Shown here: piece by piece, positions 25,481 to 45,062 of the stretch
Numbering within the stretch: the stretch's first letter is position 1
Layout of the letters: every line of letters starts with the position of its first letter
Source: the human T2T-CHM13v2.0 reference genome, Homo sapiens
Direction: 5' to 3' (one strand)
Assembly (NCBI RefSeq): GCF_009914755.1
Contig: NC_060940.1
Length of the DNA: 64,000 nt
Position numbers and translations under genes: made by a program
Notes under the pieces: generated by a model
Database searches by the model: none
Told to the model about the DNA's origin: nothing
Seen by the model: the letters and a program-made list of their open reading frames with translations, nothing else

Positions 25481-26689
25481 ATAAAACAAAGCAAAGAAAA
25501 AATACATTTGGCATTACAAATACCAAAAATAGATACTGCAAGCCTAAACCCACCATGCTACTCTTTTTGCCCTGACCATCAGGGAGCTTCAAGTTAAATT
25601 TGGATGCCTACTGAGCCTCGGCTTTCTGGGATAATTCTTCCTCCTTCCCCATACATTACATAATTCCAGATCTTTTCATGATCCCAGACTATTTGTGTCT
25701 TCTGCCATAATCTGCTTCAAATCCTTCTTGGAATTTGGTAGGGCTTAAATAATAAATTAAAATGACTGAAAAACCTTCCCAGCCTCTAATCCCCCTTGGA
25801 GAAGAGATTAACTTCAGAGCCGCGACTTGTGACCATCTCACCAGAGCAAGCATCCCTTCCACACTTCTGCCGAGGTCCCCAACCTGTCCCCAGAACTCTT
25901 TTTCCTTTTTCCTGCAGAGAGGGAGACAATGGCCCAGCACACAAGGACTGAGAGTGAGCCATAGAAACAATGGGGCTTGACCTGGAGGACACACGCAGGG
26001 CTGCAGCAAAGCCAAGGCCAAGGCCAGGGGTGAAGGTAAGCAGACAGAGGGAAGGTGGTGTGGGCCCCAGAACACCAGGGCACCAGTGGTAGGAAATGGG
26101 GAGGTCTGCAGGTATCACCCAGGCCCCCCACTCACCCTCCTGGCTGTAGGCCCCTCCCTTAAGGAGCCATGATCCCCAGGCAGGGGTGGAACCAGCCTCC
26201 CTCAGAGGCCCTGCCTGCCCCGTGCTGGCCCGACTGCTGCAGACCACACCTGAGCAGAGGCCTGCACCACTGCAGCGGCTCCCACGGCCTGCAATGCCGC
26301 CTCATTCCTGGGGGCACTTGGAGCAGGGCAGCAGCTGCATAGATGCGATGGGGCCAGCTGGTTGCCCCAATGCAGGTCACTCTCTGGTTGGAGTGAAGAC
26401 AAGGACCTGACCATCCAAGGCTCAAGAGGCCAGGGTCCTGCAGGCCATGCCCGGGCAGGGGAGAGGCCAGGGTCATCCCACCACCAAGGCCTTGGCAGAA
26501 ACCACACTGACCATAAAGAAAGGGCCACAGAACCCTAGGGGCAGAGGCCAATCAGCCTGGGTCCAGCCCAGCCTCCTCCCCACGCTGGCTGCCCAGGAGT
26601 CAGGAATGGGTCTGAGCCACTGCACTAGCCAACCATGGCCACATGAAGACAATAATCTCCACAGCAGTAGCTGCTGTTACTTAATCACC

Positions 26690-26850
26690 CTCCTTCTAAC
26701 AGCTCTGGTCACCCCTCACCAAATTCTCACAAAATCCCAGGAGCTCTGTGCTCTTAACATCCCCATGACACAGAGGAGGAAACTGAGGCTCAGGGAGGTT
26801 CAGTAACTCACTCAAGGCACAGAGCCAACACTGTTCACTCTAGAGCCCTT
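26690..26850 (-). mobile_element. MIR
   Basis: atccccatgacacagaggaggaaactgaggctcagggaggttcagtaactcactcaagg. Confidence 0.75.
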
Positions 26851-29099
26851 GACCTTGACCCACCAAAACACTCTCCCCACCCCGCAGCAGCCTCTCCAGG
26901 AACCCCTTTCAGCCTCAAGCAAGGCTCTGAGGAGAGTGGCTGAGATCCCAGGCTCTGCACGGGGATACAGCCACTGGCCTGTGGGGGCTCCACGGTACTC
27001 CTGGGGCCACATACTCAGCAGGCGGCCAGGGGCAAGCTGCAGCCAGAAGGCACGAGAGACAGCGGGGCAAGCAGTCATGGGTTCTGCAGTGTGAAGAGGG
27101 AGCCTGACACAACCACATCACCCCACCAACAAATGGACAATGGCAGACGGCGCCGGGAAGGCTTCCTATGGATGATGGCGCAGAGCTTGAGGTGAATGGG
27201 AATGACCTGGTGAACGAGGCAGCTGGCTGGAGATCACTTCCTACAGAGGGAGGGACAGGCTGAGCCAAGGCCCAGCGGCAGAAGAGGGTGCGGCAGGGGC
27301 AGTGGGGCCTGAGCTGCGGACTTTGAACCTGGACACTGCCTCATCCCACTCTCTCTGTCCACTGCCTGGCTGCCAGGCCAGCTATGAACCCCAGGGCAGG
27401 CCTCATGGCTCCTTGGGCAGCTCCCCCACTCACACCACTGCCTGGCACAGAGCCAGTTCCAGGATTGCTGGCCAAGGTTTCAACCAGATGCTAAGGCTGG
27501 TCTACTCATCTCCATCTACCACTGCTGGGGCTGGCTGGGGCTAGACCCACCCTGCTGCACAGCCTTGGGTGCTACCTGCTCTGAGCCCAGGGTGCTTTGC
27601 CTCCCAGGGACGCAGAAGAGGTGACACAAACTCATCTTCGGGAAGCCACAGGTAGAGGGCTGGCTGCTGTCCACCGCTCAACAGGCTGCAGCCCCCACAA
27701 GTAGAGGCCATGCAGGACGATGCTTATTTTATGGCTTTGGATCCTGCCATATCTGGCTCCCACCCTGGCTCCACCTCTCACTGGCCAGGTGACCCTGGCA
27801 AGACACAGGCCCTCTGTGGGCCTGTGAGGTCCTGAGCCCAGTGCCCAGCACACAGGGCGGCATCCCTGAAAGGAGCCATCCCTCAACGAAGGGGCACAGG
27901 AGGAGCTGGAGTGGCCACACTCACTTCACAGATGGGAAGCAAGAAGCAGAACAGACAGCAGGGAGGCCTCTCTGCAGCTGGAAGCTGGCCTCTTACCTGG
28001 CAGGGCTGGGGGTGGCCAGCACCTGCCACCCCTAAACATGGACTCCCAAGCCAATGCCAGCCAGAGGTCTGAGGTGGGTGGCACATTTCCTTCCAAATGT
28101 GTCCTCTCAGCTGCAGGAAGAGTCAGGCCCAGAGCGCTGGGCGAGAGGAAGGCATGGGAATACCCACAGGGTGTCCAGGCAGCACACGAGCACTGCACTG
28201 CTCTATGCCTGGAGCAGAGGAAGGGGCACTGAGCAGGTAGCAGGGACGCCCTGGCTCCTTCCCCTCTCTGGGTCCGGGACTGCATGTGAGTCAAATGACA
28301 AGGTGACACCAGCTGATCCCCGGCATCTCCCCTCCCCCAACACTCAGGGGGTCGCTACCCGCACAACCAGCCCACCAATCTCTCACCCTGCTTCCCCTCC
28401 CATCCCCTTCTGAAGCATCTTATAATTTCTGTGGGCCAAAGTGCCTGCTGCGTCAGCCCATCTAGGAAAAGACTGCCCAAATGGATGGGTGTGCTTAAAA
28501 CCCAGACGTGTCCCTGAGCAGTCGCCACTCTGGGTTCCAAGGGCAGGGCTTGAGCAGGCAGCTCAGTCTGGAAGCCTCCGCAGGGCCTCCTCAGCACATG
28601 AAAGCAATTTTCCGAACACTTCAAGACTGTTCCAAAAATGAATTCTCCTCTTGGCCCCACCACCTCACACACTGCCCAAGGTCCCAGGAGAGAGAGCCAC
28701 GGTGATCTGCCAGCCAGCCACGTAGGGGGCAGATGGCAAAGACCTCTGCCCACCCCCAGCAGAATTCTCCTGGGCTGTGACTACAAGGGAGAGGGTAGGA
28801 GATGACTCAGAGCCCGTGATGGTGTGGCCAGGCTGCAGGTCCCCACGACAGTGCCTATCTGTCCAAGTCCTACCCAGCCCGCTGTTCCTCTCTTGTTACA
28901 GATGAGGCACAGTGCCAAAGAAGGCTGCCCAAAGTCCTGTAAGGCAAGGGGTCAGGGTGCCATCCCAGACTCCATGCCCAGAGCTTGGCTCTGACTGTGG
29001 ACAACCAAACCAAATCAAACGGGGACCTCCCCATAGAGGCCCGCCCAGGCTGGGATGTGGCCAGAGTGACATTCCCTAATCACTACTGCCCTGGGATAC

Positions 29100-29249
29100 C
29101 GGCCCTCCAGCAGGCTCAGGTGGTCCGCCTTGTCCCTCTGCCCAGTGCCCACAGGAGCAGGGCTGGCCAGTCCCCTGAGGCCCTGGGCCAGAGAAGTCCA
29201 GAACTTTCCAGGAGAGCAGAACAGAAGAGAGGAAGGGCTTGGCAGGCAT
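29100..29249 (-). CDS. BCAR1: Alternative 5' coding exon, 50 aa: MPAKPFLSSVLLSWKVLDFSGPGPQGTGQPCSCGHWAEGQGGPPEPAGGP
   Basis: Open 150 nt from aacATG to CCG|gtatcc, phase 0. Matches recalled longest-isoform N-terminus. Candidate acceptor tttacag| at 29351/29350. Confidence 0.8.
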
Positions 29250-29859
29250 GTTCTGTCTTCCTTCTTTCTGAAGACGAGACGATTATGCTCTGAACCAGAA
29301 CGGATGGCGGGGCTCACATCAGCACAGTCTGGAAGCCCTCATTTTTTCATCTGTAAATACATTACCACTTCTGGAGGCGAGCAGGAGCGGGCTCTTTAAT
29401 TCCACAATAACAATGCTTTGCACTTGGCCAGCTTCCCTCTGGTCATCTGCACTCACTCTGGGATAGTTAATGAAGAGGCCACTTGCCAGAAAGCCCCCAC
29501 TGCCTGCTTCACGGAAAGGATGGGGTCCTCCGGGTGAGGAGCAGTTCCAGAAACAAGGCCAGAGTGGACAGGGCTCTGGAGGGAAAAGCCCCTAACTAGG
29601 CAGGGAAACGATGGCTGGAGGCCACAGCTCGCCAGGTGCAGATGGTGTCCCTTCCTGGCAGGACGCCGGGGTGTCCGCCTCCCACCTCCCACTTCAGTCT
29701 GTCCATCTGTCATGTGGGGCCTGCACCTGAGGCCTGGTTACCCGGGGTAGCCAGGATCACTTGCTGTCCTCAGGAGGTGAGACTGAGATGCTCAGAGATG
29801 CCAGTGCCCAAGTGTGGAAACATGGCCCGGGGGTCTGCCGAAGCCAGGCTGCCCGGCCA

Positions 29860-31130
29860 GGAAGAGGGGGTGTCGGACAGAAAACTCCCTACGGCCAGCG
29901 GGGAGGAAGCGGCCAGTCAGGGCCCCGGGGGTTCCGCAGCGAGAGGAAAACTTCCCAGGAAAGTGAGCCCATCCGCCGTGGAGGGCAGGCACGGCTCCCA
30001 TCCAGCCAAGCCGTCCTGGGGGAGGGGTGGCTCCGGCGACTGGCAGAGACCGCGCCCCAACCTGGCCACCCCGGGGGAGTCCCGGGAGCGCCGCAGGGCA
30101 GCAATCCGAGGGAGGTCTTGCGGGACAGCACAGGCCTCCCACCCCCTCATCCGGCCCAGCAGTCCCGGAGGGGAGTCGCGGGAGCGGCAGAGACCCCTCC
30201 CCGCTAGGCCTAGCCGTCCTGGTGCGGGGTCCTGGCGGGCAACAGACTCCTGCCTGGCCCAGCTGTCCCAGGGGTTTCCCGGGGACCAACAAAGAGTCTT
30301 CCCGACCTAGCCATCTTGGGGGGCTCCCCGAGGGGACAGTACGGACCCCAGCCCGATCCAGCTCTCCTGAAAGAGGATGGAAAGGCGGGGGCAGAGAGGC
30401 CGGCTTGGGGGAGCCTCCCCCAGCCGGTGCGCTCTCCCCCGGGGCCGAGGAGGCCCCAGTGAGGCGACCCCCAGTCCGGGAGCCAACGCGGCATCAGGCC
30501 CGCAGCGGGCGGGGCGAGGTCGCAGCCGGGCGGGGGACAGCCGGCCCGGGGTCCCGGGCGGCGCGGTACTCACAGGCACGGACATCTTGGCCGCCGCCCC
30601 CGGGGCCTGGCGGGCAGCGGCGCCAGCGGGCTGGGGGCTCGGGTCCGCCCGCGCCGCTCAGAGGCCCCGCGAGGGGTCCCGGCGCTTTCCGGCTCCTCCG
30701 GCTCCTGAGCGTTCCCGGACGCCGGACTGTCCGGCCGCTCCAGCCGCGCCGCGCATGCGCCGCCCGCGCCGCCCCCCCCACCGTCTCCGCGGCCAGGGAC
30801 GCGTTAAAGGTGAGGACCCCGGACCTAGGCCTTTTTCTGTCGGCCCAACGCGGCGGGGAGGCGCGGTCTCCTCCGCTCCTCGCCGATCCCTCGCGGGCCA
30901 CCTCCAGTCGCACCAGCTCTGGGTCGCCCAACCAGTCCCCTCCCCCAACACTACACTGCCCTGTGGCCCTGGCCGGGCTCCTAGGCCCTGTGTCCGGGCG
31001 CAGACCGGGAGGGCTCGGCCGGCGGAAGGTGATCGCGGGGCAGCATAGCAGGCCTCCCGGAGCCCCTCTGCCCTCCCCCAGCTGAGAGCGAGCCCCGAGA
31101 CCCCCAGGGAAGAGGAGCTCCCCACCCCGG
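29860..31130. promoter_or_regulatory. BCAR1: CpG island / distal BCAR1 promoter (MSVP exon)
   Basis: Very dense CpG. NRF1-type palindrome GCGCATGCGC at 30751-30760, plus GC boxes. Confidence 0.9.
30574..30585 (-). CDS. BCAR1: Alternative first coding exon 'MSVP' (distal CpG-island promoter)
   Basis: gccaagATGTCCGTGCCT|gtgagt, consensus donor, phase 0. Similar to the rodent p130Cas MTVP-type N-terminus (recall). Confidence 0.9.
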
Positions 31131-31462
31131 AAACAGTCTAGCTCATCCTGGGGTCGCCCTGACAGTGACATCTGACCTGGCTTCTAGGGAGGATCCTGTG
31201 TCCCTGTAACCCCCACTCCTGGGCCCACCCTCAGCCCACCGTCCTCCCAGAGGCTGGAAGACGAGCCTTCGTGGGCCTGAGACTTCCTTTCCCCAGGCTA
31301 AACACCCCCAATTTCAGCTGTTTCGCATCTACCATGGTGCCCACACATGGCACCTGCAGCCACTGGGCACGTGCATGTTCGTCCCCATCGCTCCACTCCT
31401 GCCAGGCAGGCCTTGCTGATGCCCCGTTACATTTCATAGGCCCAGGCACTGAGATCCCTCAC

Positions 31463-31528
31463 CCACTCAAAGGAAGGACCAGGGGTCCGACCCCTCTGTT
31501 CTGCTTCCTGGGGACGGTGGGTGAGCAT
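31463..31528 (-). CDS. BCAR1: Alternative first coding exon, 22 aa: MLTHRPQEAEQRGRTPGPSFEW
   Basis: 66 nt open, ends TGG|gtgagg, phase 0. Matches a recalled isoform. Confidence 0.75.
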
Positions 31529-32662
31529 CTAGAGCAAGTGGGGCTGGGGTCCAGAGCACTGTCCCGGAGGTCAGCGCTGCCCACCCCAGGGAGGAAAGAC
31601 GGAGCCAGCTCCATGAGGCTGGTTTGCCGCAGCCCGGGCTCATGGCGGGGACCTGGGGGCAGAAAGCTCCAGCTGCCTAGGGAATCTCTGTGTGGGTGCC
31701 CATGTGGGGGGCGGGCCCTTCTGCCTGCCAGGGATGCTGTGCCAGGAGGCCACGGTGGCTGGATGGAGGAAGCAGAGCCAGGCAGCAGGCTGACTTCCCC
31801 CAGCTCCCAAAAGCCCCCAGTAGCAGGTCACCGACTGGGTTTTCAGCCTTTTTCCCCAAGGGGCGTGCAGCCTTGATCTTTTCTCCAGGAGTGTCCCGGT
31901 GAGGATCCCAAGAGGCCAGCAGCAATGAGGGGGTATGAGGTATGAGAGAAAGAGGGAAATCCAGGCCTCCCACGAGAGACCCAAGTCCCTGTTCTGGCAG
32001 TGATGAGGGGTCCTTCCCTGCTCCAGTAGAGTATGGTTGCCCCTTCACCTCTTGAGTGGGGTTCCCAACTGTGCACATCAGCGTCCGCAGCCCAGTGCTC
32101 AGCAAGGCATTGTTGGAGGGGCCAAGCAGGGCCACAGCAAGCCGGGGGGGGGTGGGGGGCCTGGACCGACAGCTGCCACCTCCTCAAAGGGCGCTCTGTG
32201 CATGTCTGGCACGTGGCCCTGCCCGTGCCCACCCGCCCGCATCCAGCTGGCACAGGGGCTCCTGAGCTGGGAGCAGCAGCTCTGCCTGGCGCCCGGGCTC
32301 CTGGCCACACGCCCTGCTGTCTCTGATGCCCCCACCCACCACCACCCTGGCCCTCTCCTTTGCTCCTCGCCCAGACCCCACCTCCCTCCCTTGCTCCTGC
32401 TTGGGGCCCACTGTTCCTGTCTCCTTTCCCATCTCCCCCATATCTAGGTGCCCCAGCCAGAATGGGGCGGGCGGTGGAGAAAGATCCCTTCTACCTGCCT
32501 GGGCACAGGGAAAGGAGAGCCCAAGGGAGGGGCGCAGATGGAGCTGGACCCTCCAATCCATCTCATCCTGCCTCTTACCGCCCCAGGGGCTGCTTATTTA
32601 GGGCATCAGTAACTCAGCCCTTAGCAGGGAGAGAGGGGACCCTGGCTAGAGCCCTCACTTAC

Positions 32663-32728
32663 TCTGAGGCAGGGATCCTTGGGTGTGGGCCTGGGGGCAG
32701 CCAGAGGAGCCTCACCAGGGCAGTGCAT
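32663..32728 (-). CDS. BCAR1: Most distal alternative first coding exon, 22 aa: MHCPGEAPLAAPRPTPKDPCLR
   Basis: 66 nt open, ends AGA|gtaagt (perfect intronic donor consensus), phase 0. Matches a recalled isoform. Confidence 0.8.
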
Positions 32729-32853
32729 GCCCTCTCCTGACACTACCAGGTGTCTGTGAAGGCGGCGGCTGCTCCTCCCTCACCCACTCCTGGCAGGCAA
32801 ATGATCCCAGGATGACTCACTCCGTCCTATAGGGAACAGCCTCTGGGGCTTCA

Positions 32854-35810
<2,957 letters not shown>

Positions 35811-35825
35811 AGTTTTTTGTTTTTA

Positions 35826-36165
35826 CAGTAAACATACTTTTAAAATTGTGATAAAATATACATAACACAGAATTTACCATTTTCACCATTTTTAAGTGTA
35901 CAATTCCATGGCATTAAGTACATTCACAATGTTGTGCAACCATCACTGTCCATTTCCAGACATTTTCATCTCTTAAACAGAAATGCTGTAGTCATTAAAT
36001 GATAACTCTCTGCTTCCAGGCCCCTCAGTTCCTGGTAAACCCCATTCTACTTCTGTCTCTATAAATTTGCTTATTCTCTGTACCTTGGATAAGTGCAATC
36101 ATATATTATTTGTCTTTTTGTGTCTGGCTAATTTAACTTAACATCATGTTTTCAAGTGTAATTTT
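35826..36165 (-). mobile_element. L1MB/MC-type 3' end fragment
   Basis: aaaattgtgataaaatatacataac...ttttaagtgtacaattc...gcattaagtacattcacaatgttgtgcaaccatcac. Confidence 0.8.
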
Positions 36166-36179
36166 TTTAAAGAAAAATT

Positions 36180-36470
36180 TTTGTTTTTTTGTTCTTTTTG
36201 GAGACATGGTCTCACTCTGTCACCCAGGTTGGAAGGCAGTGGTGTCATAGCACACTGCAACCTCAACTCCGATGAGCTCAAGCAATCCTCCCACCTCAGC
36301 CTCCCAAGTAGCTGGGATCCCAGGCACACACCCCTGGCTAATTTTGTTTTTTATTTTTTGTAGAGGCAGGGTCTCACTATGTTGCCCAGGCTGATCTCAA
36401 ACTCCTGGGCTCAAGCAATCCTCCTGCCACGGCCTTCCAAAGTGCTGGGACTATAAGCCACCAAGCCGGC
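36180..36470 (-). mobile_element. AluJ
   Basis: Alu consensus. Confidence 0.88.
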
Positions 36471-37387
36471 AAAGAATAATTTTTTTTTTAAGGGAAAAAT
36501 GCAATTGCCAAGTTTTAGGAACTGCAAGTGTCCTAGAAAGTTCCCATGGACCCTCTGGGGCCTGGTGCAAGGGTCTTTCCCAGGAGCTGACATGGGGGGA
36601 GGCCAGGGTCAGGGGTGCAGCTAGGCATCAAATGCAAATGTGGAGCCACACACAACAGTCTGTGCAGTCACCTCTCTCTTCCCCACAAGCAAGAGGCAGG
36701 GGGAAAGGGATTTTGCATGAAGGCCCATCTTTGGACAGCTGAGCTGGGGCAGACCCTCCAGCTCCCGGGACGCTGGCTGCCGGCCTCCTGTCTTCTAGGA
36801 TGTTCGCAAACACCCAGAGACCAGAGCCCCTTCCAGGAACAGGCTCACATCCTCTGTCACTGTGACAAGTGGAATTTCACTCTTCGCTGGAAGCAATCCC
36901 CAGGGCATTGTGTTTCTGAACCCAGAGATGAAACTGCCCGCTGAATTGTATGCATTCTCTAAATTATTGAAGAGCCGAAAGAGCGGCTGCCACATTGGGG
37001 TCACCAGTGCGAGTCCCCAGAGCAGCAGTTTCATGTTCTCAGCAAGGCTTGAATGCCAGGCACCCCCGGCAGCTGCCCTGTGATGTTGCCTGAGGCCAAG
37101 GGTCCGCCCAGGGTTGGAGTGGGGGGTGGGGGGCACTAGGAAAATCTCGCTGTTACCCGAGAGTGAGACCGATCCTTGTGAAAACAGGAAGGAACTCACT
37201 GTGGGGAGTGAGGTCTGCAGTTTGGCAAGAACCCAGGCTCCTGTTGCCATTGACCTCCAGTGGCAGGGCAGGGCGGGGTGGGGCTGACCTGGGTTCTAGT
37301 CCTGCCGTGTGAGCTTCAGCATGATCTTCATAGTCTCTAAGCATGTTTCCTCTCCATGTGTAAAACAGGATCCATAAAGCAGTGAAG

Positions 37388-37755
37388 CCAGGCGTGGTGG
37401 GCTCGTGCCTGTAATCCCAACACTTTGGGAGGCTGAGATGGGCAGATCACCTGAGGTCAGGAGTTCAAGACCAGCTTGGCCAACATGGCGAAACCCCGTC
37501 TCTACTAAAAATACAAAAATTGGCCAGGTGTGGTGCTGTGCACCTGTAATCCCAGCTACTTGGGAGGCTGAGGCACGAGGATAGCTTGAACCCAGGAGGC
37601 GGAGGTTGCAGTGAGCCGAGATCGCACCATGCACTCCAGCCTGGGTGACAAAGCGAGACTCGGTAAGAAAGAAGGAAAGAAAGAAAGAGAGAAAGAGAGA
37701 GGGAGAGAGGAAGAGAGAGAGAGAGGGAGGGAAAGAGGGAGGGAGGAAGGAGAAA
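37388..37755 (+). mobile_element. AluS whose tail is a GA-rich simple repeat (37665-37755)
   Basis: Alu consensus followed by (GAAA/GA/GAGG)n. Confidence 0.9.
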
Positions 37756-38479
37756 GCAGCCAATACCTCACATTGCGGGGAGTGGCCGCTCTATTTTGCT
37801 CTGTGAATGGTGCCCCTGGAGTTGTGCACCGCCATGGCCCTGATTGGGACACACGGCATCCACTTCCCGCAGCCCTGGAAGGACTCAGGTATAAGGTGTA
37901 TGGGGCTGTCTCGGTACCTGGTATGCAGGAAGCTCTCAGTTAAACGCTGATGCTGTGGGGGTCGCGGTCTGACTCAGTCTCTCCAGCCTCACACCACCAG
38001 CCTGCATTTCTGCCTCTGGAGCTCCGCTATGGCAGCAGACAGCCCCGCTCCTCCGAAAGGATGCGCCTGTGTTTCTCCATGGAGCTGAACAGATGACAGA
38101 CTAGTTAGGATGCTGGAGGCTGGCCCAAGTTCTGGTCTCTTGGATAACCTTGGGCAGGGCCTTTATACAAGGCCCTTGGGCTCAATGTTTGACAGGGGAA
38201 TGTCTGGCAGAAGATTCCAGAGAGAGCTGTACATTTTCCAGATGACAGACCTCCTGAAGCAATGGAGCGATGCTCACTGAGGTCTTCCTGATCCGTCTGG
38301 GAAACATCTCTGTGAAAGTCAGGATAAAGCCCGGATATGCGGAGATCGACTCCGACCGACTCCGACAGAGTAGCCGGAGTTGTGGGGCCTTTCCTCCTGG
38401 CCTGCCAGGGATTGGCAGAGGCTTCCTGAAGGAGGTGGCCTTGGAACAGGAGTTTAAACGATGAGTCAGGGGCGACTCA

Positions 38480-39060
38480 CCTCCCAGGGTCTACCTCAAA
38501 GTACATCAAGAATCTGGCTGCTTCTCCCCACTTCCATGTCTACACCCTGGTACAAGCCACCTCAAATCATGACAATGACCTCCAACTGGCCTTCCCACCT
38601 TCACCTGGGCCCCTAAAACTGCTTTTCTGCAGAGCCTTTAAGTAATTTCTTCTTCTTTTTTTTTCCTTGAGATGGAGTTTTGCTCTTGTTGCCCAGGCTA
38701 GAGTACAATGGCACAATCTTGACTCACCGCAACCTCCACCTTCCAGGTTCAAGCAATTCTACTGCCTCAGCCTCCTGAGTAGCAGGGATTACAGGCATGT
38801 GCCACCATGCCCAGCTAATTTTTATTTTTAGTAGAGATGGGGTTTCTCCATGTTGATCAGGCTGGTCTCGAACTCCCGACCTCAGGTGATCTGCCTGCCT
38901 CGGCCTCCCAAAGTGCTGGGATTACAGATGTGAGCCACCCTGCCCGGCCACCTTTAAGTAATTAAAAGAAAAATTATTAGGCCATGTCCCTTTCCTGCTG
39001 AAACTGTCCAATGTCTTCTTTGTCCACTCAGAACAAAACCCAGAGATCTACAAGGCCTGA
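38480..39060. mobile_element. L2 fragment interrupted by an AluS (38645-38948, minus)
   Basis: ctacctcaaagtacatc...cacttccatgtctacaccctggtacaagccacc...ccactcagaacaaaaccc. Confidence 0.55.
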
Positions 39061-39071
39061 CATGTGTGTTT

Positions 39072-39540
39072 CCCAGCCCCAGGCTGCACACTAAAATCAC
39101 TGGGGCATTTTAGACGCGTTCAGAGGTGTTCTGATTGAGTGGGACTGGAAGTAGGATTCAGCCATCAATTTCTTCTTCTTTTTTTTAAATACGCCCTTGC
39201 TCTATCACCCAGGCTGGAGTGCAGTGGTGTGATCATAGCTCACTGCAGCCTTGAACTCCTGTGCTGAAGTGATCCTTCCATCTTATCTGGGACTACATGT
39301 GTGTACCACTAAATCCGGCTAATTAAAAAAAATTTTTTTGTAGAGACAGGGTCTACTATGTTGTCAAGCTGGTCTCTAACTCCTGAGCTCAAGCAATCCT
39401 CCCACCTCAGCCTCCCTAAGTGCTGGGATTACAGGCATAAGCCACCACACACAGCTAGCCATCAATATTTTAAATAATAATAATAATATAGTTCCCTGGC
39501 TGGGTGCTTCTCATGTGCAGCCAGGGTTGCAAACTCCACT
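39072..39540. mobile_element. MER5-like element interrupted by an AluJ (39170-39458, minus)
   Basis: ggctgcacactaaaatcactgggg...gtgcagccagggttg. Confidence 0.55.
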
Positions 39541-39989
39541 CTTCATGGCTTAGCCTTGCTAGGTTGAACCGTGCTGGCTTCAAGTTGGTGCCTTCCTGCC
39601 CCAGGGCCTTTACACTGCTCTTCTGCCCTTGATACGGGCCCCCAGAGTCTCCTCTGATGCACCCCTTCCTTCCTTCCTTCCTTCAAGGTCTGCTCAAGGT
39701 TGCCTTCTCAGGATGCCTTCCCTGATTTATTTTTGGTCATAATGGAAATATTATCTTGTCATAGGTTGCTGTGAAGATTAAATGAGATAATCTAGGTAAA
39801 ACATTTAGAACAGGGCTGGGTACATGGAAACCAACAAATGGGAGGAATTTTTATTTGTGGTATTTACCACTTCCTGATATTATATATTTACTTGTGTATT
39901 CAATAGCTGTCTATCTGCTCCTGTGAACTATAAACTCCGTGAGGGCTGAAATCATCTTGACAAATAGTAGGGGCTCAATGAATAACTTT

Positions 39990-42044
<2,055 letters not shown>

Positions 42045-42550
42045 AAAACCCCCCTTTTTAATGGAACAGAACTCACTTACCCTGAGAGGTGAGAGGATAG
42101 AGGGATTCAGAAAGCACATTCACAGCAACTCACAGATGAATGTACCACAAGGCTGGGCTTGAGTGAATCTGGGTCCCTGGGGCAGCATATCTCTCCCCTG
42201 TCCAGATGCTGCCTTCAGAGACAGAGCCCTGGGCTGATATGGCAGAAGGTTCTGGAATTCAGGGACAATCTAGTTCCAGTCTGTTCCTTGGATGGCCATT
42301 CTCCTCCTAGTTCAGGTAGGTCTCTCCCAAAGCACCAGGCTCTCTGCTCAGACAGGCAGGGCTTCCTCGATGAGTCCTCTCCTCTCAGAGGGTTCACATA
42401 AGCAGAGAGGGGCACACCTGCCCTGTCCAAGTGAGAGAACTTTCTGGGAGGTAGCTGGGCATTCCATTTTGTGGCCTTGAAAATACGTGCCCTGCCCAAC
42501 ACAACAAACTCACTCATAGAAATAATCTAGAAAGAATCAGGGATGTGGAT

Positions 42551-43918
<1,368 letters not shown>

Positions 43919-44484
43919 GGTATGAAAAACACATTAAACACATAAAAAATGGCTGAAATAATATTCCAAAGTGTATACAGTAGTTTTCTCTGTTAGGAAG
44001 GTTATAGGAGATTTAAATTTTCTTTCATTTTTCTGCTGTCAAATTCTCAATGAATAGATTTCTTCTCCATCAGAACAGCAGAGGAATATCAGGAGGAGAG
44101 AGAAGGAGGGAAGAGGAGAGCCAGTAGAACTCAGGTTGGCAGGAAGAGCCCAGCGGGGCTGCCCTGGCTGAGCTGGCAGGAGCGGGAGCCGCGAGAATCC
44201 GCCTAGCTCAGGGCTTTTGACAGGAGTGTGGTGCGTGGGGGCTGGGTCTCCAAGCGGCAGGGCAACCTAGCTGACACACTGCAAACTCGGCTTCGCTGGT
44301 GTGAGTGTGTGTGTACACATGGGTCCTGCCATCTGTTGCCCACCTGGCAGGAAAGTGTTGTCTCTTCAGCTGTATTTGTTGGGTCTTCGGTGGATTTTGT
44401 TGTCTGAATTTCTCACTTGCTTCTCAGGCCTGACTTCAGCTGCTTCTCCAAGTTACCAACAACTTTTTTTTTTTATAAAAACAT

Positions 44485-45062
<578 letters not shown>

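Noticed and set aside
29636-31171. 352-aa and other long ORFs over the distal CpG island
   Set aside because: Same compositional artefact; no recognisable domain.
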